A stretch of DNA of 64,000 nt. Source: Felis catus (Eukaryota). Location: the NCBI RefSeq assembly GCF_018350175.1, contig NC_058368.1, positions 33,234,001-33,298,000 on the forward strand, written 5' to 3'. This document shows positions 63,339-64,000 of this stretch, in pieces (the stretch's first letter is position 1; each line of letters starts with the position of its first letter). A program made the position numbers and the translations under genes. The notes below the pieces were generated by a model. It had not been told where the DNA came from and ran no database searches. It worked only from the letters and a program-made list of their open reading frames with translations.

Positions 63339-64000
63339 AATAGTGCAGAAGTTTTTAATTTTACTGAAGATCAACTTATCAAGTCTTTCTTTCATGGGTT
63401 ATTTGTTTGGTGTTGTATTTAAAGATCATCAGCATACCTGGATCATATAGGTTTTCTCCTAAGTTATTTTTTAAGAATTTTATAGTTTTGTCTTTTAAGT
63501 GTAAGTAAACGATCCATTTCAAGTTATGTGAAAGTTGTAACATCAGTGTCTAGATTCATTTTTAAGTGACTGTTTACATTCTATGTTTTTAATTTTCAAC
63601 TTCACTGTGGCCACCCAAATCAGTTTAAAAAAGCTTAGTGTAACAAGAATACATAATATTTATAACTGATACATAATACATATTTGAAAATTATTTGCAC
63701 TAATACATTTCATTTATAGCATAAATGTATATATAAACAAAATATCTGTCTTCTTTGTTACCCAGAATGCATAACCATAGGAAAGAATAATTGCTACACA
63801 TTTACTAATATACTTTGCAGCCATTTATTAAGGACTTCAAGTTAAAACATGCCTATTTCTGTTGTTTTAAATTACTGTCAATGAAGAAAACTCTAGGGCT
63901 GTAAGATGAAGTGGACTCTTTGTGCTTAGAGCTGGAAAAAAAAAAGTTATATTTAGCATTTGCCCACAATGATATCTAAAAGTAAAACATTGTGTTTACT

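Larger units (their letters stand above)
61230..63570 (-). mobile_element. Old L1 (L1MC1/2-like) 3'UTR and ORF2 end, host to two SINEs and the compound array
   Basis: CCCATTATCAACATTCCCC, CTGACACATCATAATCAGCCAAAGTCCAT, TTGCATTCCCACCAACAATGAATGAGAGTTCCT. Confidence 0.82.

Overview
AT-rich mammalian genomic DNA, almost certainly from a felid: it carries the feline tRNA-derived Can-SINE (SINEC_Fc-type) and carnivore L1 3' ends. It looks like a gene desert or a very long intron. I see no CpG island, no recognisable protein-coding exon, no RNA gene and no CRISPR. The ORF track is explained by SINEs, L1 ORF2 remnants, a Tigger1 transposase remnant, microsatellites and chance. The window holds about 27 Can-SINEs (many with readable target-site duplications, TSDs), about 11 L1 pieces (two with 5'-inversion/twin-priming structure, one nested in an older L1), MaLR and ERVL LTRs, and DNA transposon fossils (Tigger1, Tigger2a/MER28, MER20, MER3), plus MIR/L2 remnants. 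The most unusual structures are a ~490-bp compound array in which a conserved short head alternates with different purine microsatellites (62.2-62.7 kb), a SINE with a hairpin-forming non-SINE insert in its tail (63.3 kb), a triple CArG-like palindrome cluster (15.3 kb), and a well-formed orphan minus-strand exon near a cluster of transcription-factor motifs (45.7-46.2 kb). I found no convincing novel biological system. Repeat family names come from recalled consensus sequences, not a database search, and boundaries of old elements are approximate.
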